Source: Welwitschia mirabilis
Lineage: Eukaryota
DNA length: 36,052 nucleotides
Direction: 5' to 3'
NCBI GenBank assembly: GCA_051453625.1
Contig: JBOZIK010000001.1
Coordinates: 4,696,578 to 4,732,629 of the forward strand
In this document: positions 10,984 through 21,863 of the stretch, piece by piece
Position numbering within the stretch: the first letter of the stretch is position 1
How the letters are laid out: each line of letters opens with the position of its first letter
Notes under the pieces: model-generated
Database searches by the model: none
What the model was told of the DNA's origin: nothing
What the model saw: only the letters and a program-made list of their open reading frames with translations
Made by a program: the position numbers and the translations under genes

Positions 10984-11999
10984 AGTTCTCTGCCACAGTG
11001 CATACAACTTGCAGCATTCTGAGACTTCAAACTTGCATGCTTCTTAAACAATCTGTGAATCTGTTGCTTTCTTCACATAGATCGCTTTTGTTTTCAGCTG
11101 ATTTGAGTGATCTGAGGAACACCGGGGGCACAGACAAAGCTTTTGGCTTCGAATCTGAAAAGGAATTCACTGGATTTGTTGAAACGACGCCCTAATCAAC
11201 TTCTTAATGGATCTCTGGACCAAATCCACTTAATTCTTTCCACTTATCTTTCTGTGGGACTTTGAAATGAGAGAACAGAAGAAAGATCCAGAAGCTGTAA
11301 TAAGCTAAGATTAATGCGCTTTGCTGTTAACCTCGTTCAGAGCTACGGCAAGCCTCCCCCTCTATAGAATAATCTAACTATGCAGAGAAAGAACTCTAAC
11401 CGTAAGCAAGGGCATGAGCGTAAAATAGAGGGAAAGAAGATCTGCACGGTGGCATTTCGAGCATGGAGTTCATGAGCGTTCTATGGAATGGCTTCAAATG
11501 GCAATAGGAATCTCCCACATAAGAGCTGATACATATCCCTTTATGATTGTTGTTGACCATCAAAAAAACCAAAAAAAATGGTGCACAAACCCTAATCAAA
11601 TTGAGAGTTTTTTAATTTAATAGAAACTTGTAACTCCAGTTTTGCAGACGATAGTTGCACAATTTGATTGTGGACTTTAGATTGATTTCAAAAGCTTCAG
11701 TAATTCACTTTGAAATTCAAATATCTTCTGATGAGTGAAGTTGAGATTCCACATTGAAGTTTTTGTAAACAAAGAAGAGGGTTACTTTTACTTTGGAGTT
11801 CATTATTGATTCTGCACAATCAAATCTAAGAAGGAAATAACTGACCCATTAACTCCACTAACTTAATAACGGTTCTCTTTTTTTTTAATAACTGACCCAC
11901 TAACTCCACTGGCTTAACAACACATGAACAAGCTTCACATATATAGCTGCTAACAAACTTCCTACTAATGGAAATTATAAAGATAACTCTAATAAGTTG

Positions 12000-14650
12000 C
12001 ACTAATTTTTAACAAGTGTCTCATGGCTATTTTTGTTTCTATGTCTATTTCAAAAACTAAAATAACTCCTCCTCCAAGATATAATTATTATAGAAGTCCA
12101 AGCAAAATGGTATATAGGGCAAAGGGTGATAAAGATGATGGAAAATAGGTGAACTCAATTAATAAGAAAGGGTAAATAATTAGGTATGCTAGGTGAGGAA
12201 ATATATGTGAGAGAATATATCACGTAAGGAGTTGGTGTGAATATAGATATTTAGGTTCATACAAGGATTTAAGATGCAATTTTCTTTAAGAAGAAACTCT
12301 GATCATATGGGCTTTATTTTATATCAAAAATTAAGCTTTCCCAAAATACCTACCATGTGTCGCTTCTAGTTTTCACATGGTGATGTACTCCTGAAAAAAA
12401 CCTTGCCCATTCAGGTTTTCAAGGTAAAAAAGAAGTGGGGCATGCTAGGCCCAACTAGCATGCTAGCGAGTTATATCATTAGACTTGATCCTATTAACAA
12501 GCAAGAGGATGAATTGAATCATAACACCTGTAGGAGAAAAATACAAAACAAGATGTGACCTTAGTGGCATAAATATAAAAATGATATATGGGAGAATGCT
12601 AACAAAACCTTATTCAAAACCTTTTTAAAAATTTAAAACCTTGAAAGCTTTGAAATTTCCTGGTAGTCTATGAAAGATAATTATATTTAGAGATACCTAT
12701 ACTATGATATAATGACCTCAATTTACAAATTTAAGAGTTTTACACATACTCTGACTATCAGGACATAACCTTGAAGGATAATAAATTATAACAAAAGTTA
12801 AGACATAGCATTCTATATAGTGTGATAACCTAGCTAACCAACTAAAAGAGTTAGTAGGACGAGGTTCAAAATTTTAGAAAAATTTAAGCTAATATTGTTC
12901 TTCTTTTTTAAGCAAAAGCTTGAGAATGTAAGTAAAAGACGAACTTCTTTTTAGAGCAATTACTAATATGGATGTTAACATCCAAAAAATTAGAACATTA
13001 TCTAATAGAATTAGAATCATCAACGCTTTAAAGTAAATTGAAAAGAACCACAAAATAATGATAGTGATTTAACCTATTCAAAACATCTGAGAAAATTAAC
13101 TTGTAATTACTTTATGTTTTAAAAAAATCTCGAGTAGGAGTAGAATGGAATTGCAAACTTTTATAGACTAAACAAAATTGCCTTTTAAAATTTATCTAAG
13201 CTAAAGATTCTAAAGCTTCTAAAAGACAGATAATGCCATCCAATTTATCTTCTTGAAACATAACATATTAAAATCTCCTTAACAAATCCAAGGAATGTTG
13301 GCAATTTGGAAATTAACTCCTACCATAAAGAGCATCATTTGTAAGATTCACTTACATCATTCATAGAGCAAATTCAAAAACTAATAAAAGTAGAAGTAAA
13401 AGTAGCCCAAACTTTCCATTATTGATGACCTTAATCATATGATTAAAGAGATTTCTTTCATATTAGATGAATAATAATGCTAGCATCTCCCAATCCTTGT
13501 AGATAAGAAGTAGAAATATGGAAATAAAATATTTGTAGGTAATAAAACTAGCAGCTTTCTGCATCTAGATGAGAAGGGAAAATATGGAATCCATTATGAA
13601 TAAAAGATCCATAGGTAAAATCTATATCAAATGGTGAATTTTTAATTTCTTAAAGAAGCATAAAATTATTGAAGTAATAGAGTAAAGATATAAATCAACA
13701 TGTTCCTTGCAAATTCTCTTTACAAGGTGTCGTATGCTTCATGAAAAAATTAATCACAAGGAGGGGAAATAAGGCATAAACCCATCATTCTTTAGTAAAT
13801 TAAAAGTTATATGTGAATCAACATGCAAAACTAGCAATGATGCTTTTGGAGGATGAATAGAAATATCACTTTGCTTTTTCCTTTTAGAATGGTTACCATG
13901 AGAATCTCATTTTCTAAATGCACCTAAAGTAAACCTCTTGCATTAATAATAGATTGTTTAAAGGATTTGAAATAGCCTTACATATAATGTGGGAGTATGG
14001 TGCTTCTAACTTGAAGAATTTCGTTAGCTAAAGGGTTGATTATTGGAATCATCGATAATGGGTAGAGAAGATCCAAACTAAAGTCTTAAGTTAAAGGCTT
14101 TAGATATTACCTTTTTCTTTTGCTTTTCACATGTCATGTTCTTTTTTAGAAGTGAATAAGCATTAAAAATGTTACTCTTACTATAACAATAATTGCAGGA
14201 ATTTGAAGGATTAAATAGACCATAAGCTAACACATGACTATACCATTAGCCTTTAATGTGAGGATATACTTTTGAATTACTAGATTTACCTTGACAAGAA
14301 GCTGTAAGCACACACATCAAGAAAGAACTTTGTCTGGGAAATTAAGGACATTACCAATAAGACCAATAATTTTGCATTTTAAAGATTGAAAAATCAAAGG
14401 AACATTTGGAAGCTTAATTGTGCAAGGAATAGTCTCATGCATAGGATCATTAACATCCAAATTATCTTTTCTCTTTCGACTAACAAGAATAGCATGCTTT
14501 TGTAAAGTTGAGTAAAGATTAATTCCTTTCTTTACCATTGAATTATTTTCTAGTTTAAGAATTAAAAAAATTTGCATAAAACATGTTATATTCTATTGCA
14601 TCAATATTTATTTAAGTTTACAATATCGGTGAATAGAAACCAATGATATA
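12000..14650 (-). mobile_element. Highly decayed L1-type LINE ORF2 remnant
   Basis: Decayed motifs appear in the right order on the minus strand: KNSPFDID (KSPGPDG-like, ~13630), SNMKEISL (NxRPISL-like, ~13455), VDDS (FADD-like, ~13020), IGIS (YLGIP-like, ~12695) and VLNKVLLA (~12610). Boundaries are approximate. Confidence 0.6.
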
Positions 14651-15597
14651 GCCCAAACCTTAAAGGAAGATATACCACGAGGAGAGATGTTATGAAGGTT
14701 TATAAAATAAACCAAGTAGAATAAGATTATAACAAACATTTATAACACTAGTTCTTGGTTTAGTTGATGATGGGCTTTTACTTTTAAGGAGAGATCTTAT
14801 GATCACTATCAAAAAAAATCAAGTAGAATAAAATTATAAGAACTATTTACATTACTCTTTCTTGGTTTAATCGAAGACGTGCCTTTATTCCAAGAATTGA
14901 CAATTGAAACTTTATTCTTTATAGAAGTAATAATAAAGTTTATCTCAAAATTATTTTGTGCTCTATTTTGTAATTCGAGTGCTTCTAAAATTGTAGGTTT
15001 GTGAAATCCAAATCATTCATGAAATTATGGATTTAAAGGATAGATCAACTTTGATTAAGAAAAACATAAGAAAAGAAACCCGAATCTTTTAATTAGATCT
15101 TTGGTTACAAATAAATGTGTGACAAAAACTAGATCGCAAACTACTAAAGCTTAAGCAACATTCAGTAAATAAAAAATAACAATAATCTTTCATTGTAATA
15201 AACTACTGAAAAATAATATGTTGTTGCAACCCAAGAGACATGGTTTATCTTGAAATTCAAAGATGGGCATATCTTAAGAGCGACTCTGTCAGGAAAGGAG
15301 ACGACTCAAGGTACAATTGAACCAAACACCCACCGTAACGATTGAAAGAAATGAAAGATTTCACCGACACCCTTGCGCACCGATTTATCGCCCTCTGGGT
15401 TATATTTTATTAATTTTTACCCGAACGGACTTTGCAGGTCAGCAAAATCCTTATATTCTGCCCTACTTCTTGTTCGTTTTCATTTCCATTTTCGTTCCAG
15501 ATGCTCTGATCTGCCTCAGTCTTGTTTGTTTCAAGTTTCTTTCGCATTCACTCTCCTTCTGCAAGTGCCGGGGGGTTCGTCCGTTGGAAGGAATCAG

Positions 15598-15748
15598 ATG
15601 GAGCTCTTTTACTATTTTGTGTTTGTCGCGCTGAGTCTTGTTGTTGCAGCTTTTGAGCTCAGTAAAGGCAGCAAAGATCGCATTGCCACCACTCCCGCGT
15701 TTAATTCTTTCAAGAACAATTATCTGGTCGTTTACAGCCTCATGATGG
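15598..15748 (+). CDS. MFSD5: MFSD5-like exon 1
   Basis: MELFYYFVFVALSLVVAAFELSKGSKDRIATTPAFNSFKNNYLVVYSLMM, donor G|GTGAG. Confidence 0.9.
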
Positions 15749-18390
15749 GTGAGATTTCATGTTTTTATGATTTGGCATTGTTATGTGCTTACGATTTGCT
15801 AAGGCTCCAGATCTGAGTATGATTCTGGCATTTTTTTCGGCTTTCTTAATTTGGAAGGGTTTTGTTACAGATCTGGTGCGTTAGAATGTTCGTCCAATTA
15901 AGATCTGCATTGTCACGTTTGTCATGTCATTCGCGCGTTAATCTTCGTCCTTTCGTGTTAGTTTTTTGTTTAAGCATTCGATTTGATGAGTGTCGTGAAT
16001 ATCACTCTCCTTCGAAGAGTTTCTGCGGCCCTTACGGACTAATTAGGCTTCATGCTATCGAGTTTTCGTGATTTAACGCTTTTTCAAGTTGAAAATTTTG
16101 TATTAGTGGAGATCTGTTGATAAAAGGTGGATTGATTCTTAGTAACTGTGGCTTTTAGCTGTCGCCAATTGTTCAAGTGGATGTTAGTTAAGTTTGGTGA
16201 AATTTCGAGCATCGATTCGCGAACATTAGGCTTGTCGTAAGTTGAGTAAAAGTATCATTGGATAGAATATCGTGTTTTGATTATCGTATGCTGTTGAATT
16301 ATGGACACTTTGAAAGCCTTATACATTTTTGCCTGTAATTGTAGTTAAAGGCAAGTTATGTTAGATTTGGTAAAAAAATTGCTCCGACTCTCCTTTTGGT
16401 GTAGTTTAAACCCTGATGAAATCTTCTCCACTCCTTCCAATCTGTGGATGCCACGTTTTCTTTGTCAGAGTTGCAAGAAGCATTCATATGACTTATGCAA
16501 ACATCGAATGCTGTCCTAATTAAAAAATATTTCATGAGAAGATGATGTTTTTCATGTTCTTCATTTCTGTTTGGAGATGCTATGTTCTTGCTTTAGTTCT
16601 TAAATACCACCCTTGATGATGAAGTATATATTTTTCAGTACGGCTGACATATTCCATTCGTTGATTCTACACAGCTGGTGATTGGTTGCAAGGCCCATAT
16701 GTTTACTATCTTTACAGCCAATACGGATTTGACAAAGGAGATATTGGAAAGCTCTTCATCGCTGGTTTTGGCTCTTCCATATTATTTGGCACAATCGTGG
16801 GCGCACTAGCTAATAAACAAGGCTATAAGAGAGCTTGTGTAACGTATTGCATAACATGCATATTGAGTTGTATCACTAAACATTCACTGGAATACAAAGT
16901 ACTGATGATTGGTTGCATTCTAGGAGGAATCGCAACATCCCTTCTATTTTCTGCATTTGAGTCATGGCTTGTGGTAGAGCATTTCAAGAGAGGGTTTGAG
17001 CTACAATGGTTGTCTTTGACATTTTCAAAGGCAATCTTTTTGGGTAATGGTCTTGTAGCTATTTTGTTTGGTCTTTTTGCCAATACACTTGTGGATACGC
17101 TAGGATTTGGACCCAATTCTCCATTTGATGCTGTCGCATGCTTCTTAGCCATTGGAATGGCCATTATACTTGGTACATGGACAGAGAATTATGGGGATCC
17201 TTCAGATAACAAGGATTTAATTACTCAGTTTAAAGGTGCTGCCTCAGCAATTGCTTCAGGTGAGTGGATAATTTAGTCCTTTTTAGGTCAATTTTAAATT
17301 TGTATTCTTTCTCAATTCTGACTATAAATATAATTTATTGTCTATGCCTTTTTCACAGATGAGAAAATTGCTTTGTTAGGAGCTATACAATCTTTGNNNN
17401 NNNNNNATTATGGTGATCCTTTAGATAACAAGGATTTACTTAGTTTAAAGGTGCTGCCTCAGCAATTGCTTCAGATGAGAAAATTGCTTTGTTAGGAGCT
17501 ATACAATCTTTGTTTGAAGGTTTGATGTATACATTTATTTTCCATTGGACTCTAGTTCTGAGTCCTAATAAACAAGATATCCCTCATGGATTTATATTTG
17601 CAACCTTCATGTTGGCTTCAATGATGGGAAGTTCCCTTGCCTCTCGGCTTTTGGCCCGACCTACTTTGAAGGTGGAAAGCTACATGCAAATAGTTTTCCT
17701 TGTATCTGCAGGAACATTCCTTCTGCCTCTGTTAACTGCTGTAAGNNNNNNNNNNATATTAGGTGATTTCTTCATCCTTAAGATGGCTGTTATGTTAATT
17801 GTTTGTTTACCATAAACAGTTCTTTATAGAGCCAACTACCAAAAAGGGTGGAAGTATTACTCCAGGAGGGCGTCTTCAACTTCTTGGGTTTTGTATCTTT
17901 GAGGCATGCGTAGGCATATTTTGGCCATCAATCATGAAGATGCGATCTCAGTATATTCCAGAGGAAGCAAGGAGCACGATAATGAACTTTTTCCGCATTC
18001 CTTTGAATATCTTCGTCTGTGTTGTTCTATATAATGTAAGATCTTTTTCTCTTTGGGAGTCCTATTTTGTAGAAAGCACTAAACACATTGATAATTTCAT
18101 TAACTTTTGATGTTTCTGCTCCATGAAAGGTTAATGCATTCCCCATAACTGTCATGTTTGGAATGTGTGCTATCTTCCTTGCGATGGCTTCTATTCTTCA
18201 AAGGCGTTTGATGGTGGTTGCAGATTATCACAAAACAAGTATGCAAATCTCTTAAGAGGGTTGGTTAACTTTGGCGATTTTACGTCATTTCTATCTATAC
18301 TCACATTTATCCGTTTATTTGTCAGGGTCATCTGATACGTGGGTCTCAACTAAGGAGCGTGATAACGAAGGAGAAACTCTGAACTTATGA
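15598..18390 (+). CDS. MFSD5: Molybdate-anion transporter family MFS protein (MFSD5/MOT2-type, DUF791); 6 exons as assembled, ~463 aa
   Basis: Exons 15598-15748, 16675-17259, 17359/17475-17740, 17820-18035, 18130-18238 and 18326-18390 have GT-AG borders and join in frame (1392 nt). Family motifs: FKNNYLVVYSLMMAGDWLQGPYVY, SLLFSAFESW, WTENYG, PEEARSTIMNFFRIPLN. The central part may be a chimera with a retrocopy. Confidence 0.9.
16675..17259 (+). CDS. MFSD5: MFSD5-like exon 2 as assembled (585 nt)
   Basis: Acceptor ACAG|CTGGTGATTGG; AGDWLQGPY...GAASAIAS; donor G|GTGAGT. Confidence 0.8.
17407..17575 (+). pseudogene. Intron-less, mutated copy of the exon2/exon3 junction (retrocopy-like fragment)
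   Basis: Repeats the last ~70 nt of exon 2 with a 4-bp deletion, then reads GCTTCAG|ATGAGAAA with the 99-nt intron (17260-17358) precisely missing. Confidence 0.8.
17475..17740 (+). CDS. MFSD5: MFSD5-like exon 3 (native start 17359 is interrupted by a gap)
   Basis: DEKIALLGAIQSLFEG...DIPHGFIFATFMLASMMGSSLASRLL...LLPLLTA; donor GTAAG at 17741. Confidence 0.8.
17820..18035 (+). CDS. MFSD5: MFSD5-like exon 4
   Basis: FFIEPTTKKGG...GIFWPSIMKMRSQYIPEEARSTIMNFFRIPLNIFVCVVLYN, with AG/GT borders. Confidence 0.92.
18130..18238 (+). CDS. MFSD5: MFSD5-like exon 5
   Basis: VNAFPITVMFGMCAIFLAMASILQRRLMVVADYHKT, with AG/GT borders. Confidence 0.9.
18326..18390 (+). CDS. MFSD5: MFSD5-like terminal exon
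   Basis: Acceptor TTTGTCAG, phase-compatible; (R)SSDTWVSTKERDNEGETLNL*. Confidence 0.8.
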
Positions 18391-19192
18391 GGTTTCCTAG
18401 AAATTTGCATTATTGTGTGCAGCCATAAGCTATAGGTTCATTGCAAATGCTGTAATTTTGGATTATGCATGTGCGGCCTGGGCGGCAATCCTTGCAAGGA
18501 AGGAGAATAGTTTTATGGTTCATTGATGAGATTCTTAGAAGATATTAGGTTCATTTATATTTAGCGGCTTATGGTCTCACTGTCCTTATATATTAATAGT
18601 GATTAATCATCTATCTCTACCTGTGCCCACTGGTTGATATCGTTAGCTTTCAAGTTGTTCATTGATAGTGGTGGGTTTCTATAATGCAAATTATCCGTAC
18701 AAAACCTGGGGCCCGTTGGCGGGTAAGGGGCAGCTTCATTTTGTAACCTGCGGAATTCAAGGCTCTAACTGAAAGTGTTTTTTTAGAGGGATTTAAGCTA
18801 AGGTTGTATTTTTTGTTTGTTTCCTTTTGTCGCTGAGCTGTACTTGCTAACAATATTACTATAATGTTTTTTTACGCTTTGCACCTATTCTTGGAGAGGA
18901 AAAGGCTTCTGTGTGCCTATAATGTATGTGTCATGAGGTGAGTTGCACAGGCTGCAAACATGAGAGGAATATTCTTTGACTGATACAACATCGGTACAGA
19001 TGTTCCAGACCTTAGAATTTGAATATATCCTGTGAAGATAGAATACGAAGTACTTGTGGAGAGTTTCTCTTGGGAAGATGGGAAGGCAGAAGGGAAACAG
19101 GCCTTACCGTCTGACAAGAGCCCAATGCAAACAATGGAAACATAATTTCGACTATTGCTGCAACAGTACCCAAGACATGGCTGGTTTTAAAC

Positions 19193-19314
19193 GGAGAATT
19201 TGGTTAGGTTTTAATGTGATGTAGACGTAATGGAGAATTTGCTTAGGCTTTAATGTGATGTTTAAGAGACGTAATAGAGAATTTGGGTAGGTTATAATGT
19301 GATATTTAAGAGAC
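19193..19314. repeat. Three-copy tandem repeat, 39-44 bp unit
   Basis: GAGAATTTGxxTAGGxTxTAATGTGAT..AGAC, with units starting at 19193, 19232 and 19276. Confidence 0.85.
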
Positions 19315-20999
19315 TTTGACATACAATAATTGTCTGTGGTGTGAGCTTTCGGTACTGTGGGGATGTGACCGTATATTGCAGCAAGGCAATAGCTATATCT
19401 CAACAGGCTTAAGATGACCATGTGTAGAGCTCCAGCAAACGCTTCTGTTACGAGGAAAGGGCATTCCTAGATGTCCTAGACAAGTGAAAATGATCATTGC
19501 AAATGAAGCTTCCAATGTTTTAGTTCATCTGAAAAACAACCTTTTCGTCCTACTAATTTGGAAGAAATCACTTTGGAAGTCGCTTATATCTTACCACGAT
19601 GCAAGTTCCCTTTACATAATCTGATTTGTTTTGGATACCACGGCATACAGACCGCATATTCATCTGTTTAAAGAGGAACGTGGATACGAAGTTGAATTTG
19701 AATAGAGTGACGGCTTACCCAAGTCATTTTCGTGATGCCTGAAATTAAGCTCTGCTTTTGGGCTCTCATGTTAGGTTTCAGTACTTTCATCATGGGTGTT
19801 GGCCAATTATAATTTATGACAACTCATCTAACATGGCTGCACAGCAAATCTCTACGTTACTGACTTTTCGGGCTTTTATTTTACTGACCTTTGTCCTCAA
19901 TGATTAAACTATCTCATGGTACTTCATTTTCAAAGTGAGCACTCCTGAGTCAGAATGGGGACACCATGTTTTCAAAGTAATTTACTTTGTTTATCTCGTA
20001 AAACTGTAATAAGTATTTTCCTTTTGTACTTGGGAGGTCATACGGCTTGCCGTTTTAGAGTATCAGAATTTTGAAGGTCAATTGCAATCAACGCTCTTTT
20101 TAACAGTTTTTACCGAGAGCGCTTAGGCCCGTTGTGCAAAACGTTGTCCTGCGTCTTTTCGTTGTTGGTCATCATTGTTTCTATTCAATCAAATTTGTGA
20201 CGTGTGTCTTTTTGCCTTCATTGTGTGTTTTATTCTTTACAGTTGGTTTCCCTTTCCCTTTTATTACTTGCTTTCTTATTACCTTTAAGAATCTACTTGA
20301 GTTATGTTGACTTGACTTTAGACTTAATGCTCGATAAATTCCATAAAAGTATTTTTCATTCACTTGAAATGTTACGAGGATGCTAAAATTAAAAAAAACA
20401 CCATCCTATTCTAGTTATGCTCGGATACTTATAATATGCTCAGTAAGATAAAGGTGTGTGAGGACATAAAATTAAAATTGAATTGCTAACTTTTATTAAT
20501 TAAGGTGGTTAGCTTCCACGTGTGTAGGGATCATCCATGGGTTTTTCACCTTATCCAGTAAAGTAGTGCCCCTAGTGGTAAGTGTTAAATTCTTTTAAAA
20601 AATAAAATTATTGATTAAAAGAATAGTAGTGATGATCATTTTGATAAAATGACAGTCTATGAGAGTTAAAAGGACTTGAAAGTAATGAATAACCTTTGAT
20701 GTAATTGCAAGTGAAATGTTTGTTATGAACTCTCCGTGATGATTTCAAACTTAAAGCATAAGTTGGCAAGACAAATTGAATTGCAACAGTTTTTGATTCA
20801 TTTTACAATGGAAAAATTAAGAGAAGATCCAATAAAAAAGGATTCAATATCATGTAGCCTTTTTAAGATATTAAAATGAGCTTGAAATTTGGATATGCTC
20901 CCCAAAAAGGAGGGTAGTGTGGTTGAGTAGAGGGGTGAAGATGTTGTCTTGAAGTGTAGGCATCGTGCTAAGCACTAGTTAGGGGTGTTGTGGGAGTAG

Positions 21000-21863
21000 C
21001 GGAGGGATATGTTTAGCAATAATGGCACATAGGTTTCATCTCTAATAAGTAACTTGTGTTTTCGTTGAGGCATAGCGAAACAGAAAAAACACCTTAGTTT
21101 TCAATCCCTTTGTGAAGACGATTACGAATGACACGAAAAAATTTCATAGAAATTTATCTCAACAATTCCTAGACCTTGAATTGAAGAGAGAAGGGATTGG
21201 GCTATCGTGAAACAAATTGGAATAGAACAAACATAGTTAGTGATCCTTTTAGAGGGCCTAATTCTTTTTTAGTTTAGCAACATATCTAACAAGGATATAG
21301 TGACAATGCTCATATTCTTTGGTATGTAGGTTTGACAATGTGAAATGGAGACATAGGGCATACTTGGACTTGAAACTCTTTTAGATGATTCCCTTATGGG
21401 TTAGAATCCTTAACTTTCCAATGGAGTTTTGGTAAGAAAGGCTCTAAAGTTCTGTGCAACTTTAGAGCATTGAGACACTTACAGAGGGCTATAGCTAAAC
21501 AATCCAAAGTTGTTTTGCCCTATCTTTGCATATGAATACCTTTAACTAAAACACTAGTGAAAGGTAGAATGTGAACATATTTTTGCTCTCTATGGAGTAT
21601 GTGGTAAAATAGGGCACCTAGTTGAAGTTATCAAAATAGGGCATTTAGTTGAGGCTGTCTAACATGCAAATGTGGACATTCTGGTAAAATAGTACATAAA
21701 TTGGAGGATTTTAAAATAAGGCAAGCTAAAATGGACAAACAAAAAAAGAAATTCTAAGCATTCTCATACTATGGAAAACATAGACATGAAGTAGAGGAAT
21801 GTAGTGATGAGAAAAAATGGTGGAAGTTGAAGACATACAAGCAGATAATATGAGAGTCTTAGG
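21000..21863 (+). mobile_element. L1 LINE ORF1 remnant (5' part, interrupted by the Gypsy insertion)
   Basis: IPLWVRILNFPMEFW at 21388-21432 is a typical plant L1 ORF1 motif. Zn-knuckle GVCGKIGHLVE at ~21594, partly duplicated. The 5' boundary is approximate. Confidence 0.75.

Larger units (their letters stand above)
9579..11930 (-). repeat. Putative 5' LTR region of the Copia element; composite, contains a gap, distal boundary uncertain
   Basis: The proximal end is fixed by CA + PBS. The distal end is guessed from CA-ending candidates at ~11918-11937 and the change to LINE sequence. No second LTR is available for comparison. Confidence 0.45.

Noticed and set aside
10815-11051. 78-aa ORF with a CxxC motif as a real protein
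   Set aside because: In this frame the differences between the duplicate copies are mostly non-synonymous and include indels. The overlapping frame shows the better coding signal.
15373-15597. N-terminal extension of the transporter in ORF 15373-15816
   Set aside because: It starts at a non-ATG codon and family similarity begins at ATG 15598. It is treated as 5' UTR/promoter.
16823-17164. 113-aa antisense ORF
   Set aside because: Shadow of the transporter's exon 2.
20500-20610. Possible tRNA-derived SINE ending in an A-rich tail
   Set aside because: No convincing A/B boxes or target-site duplication.
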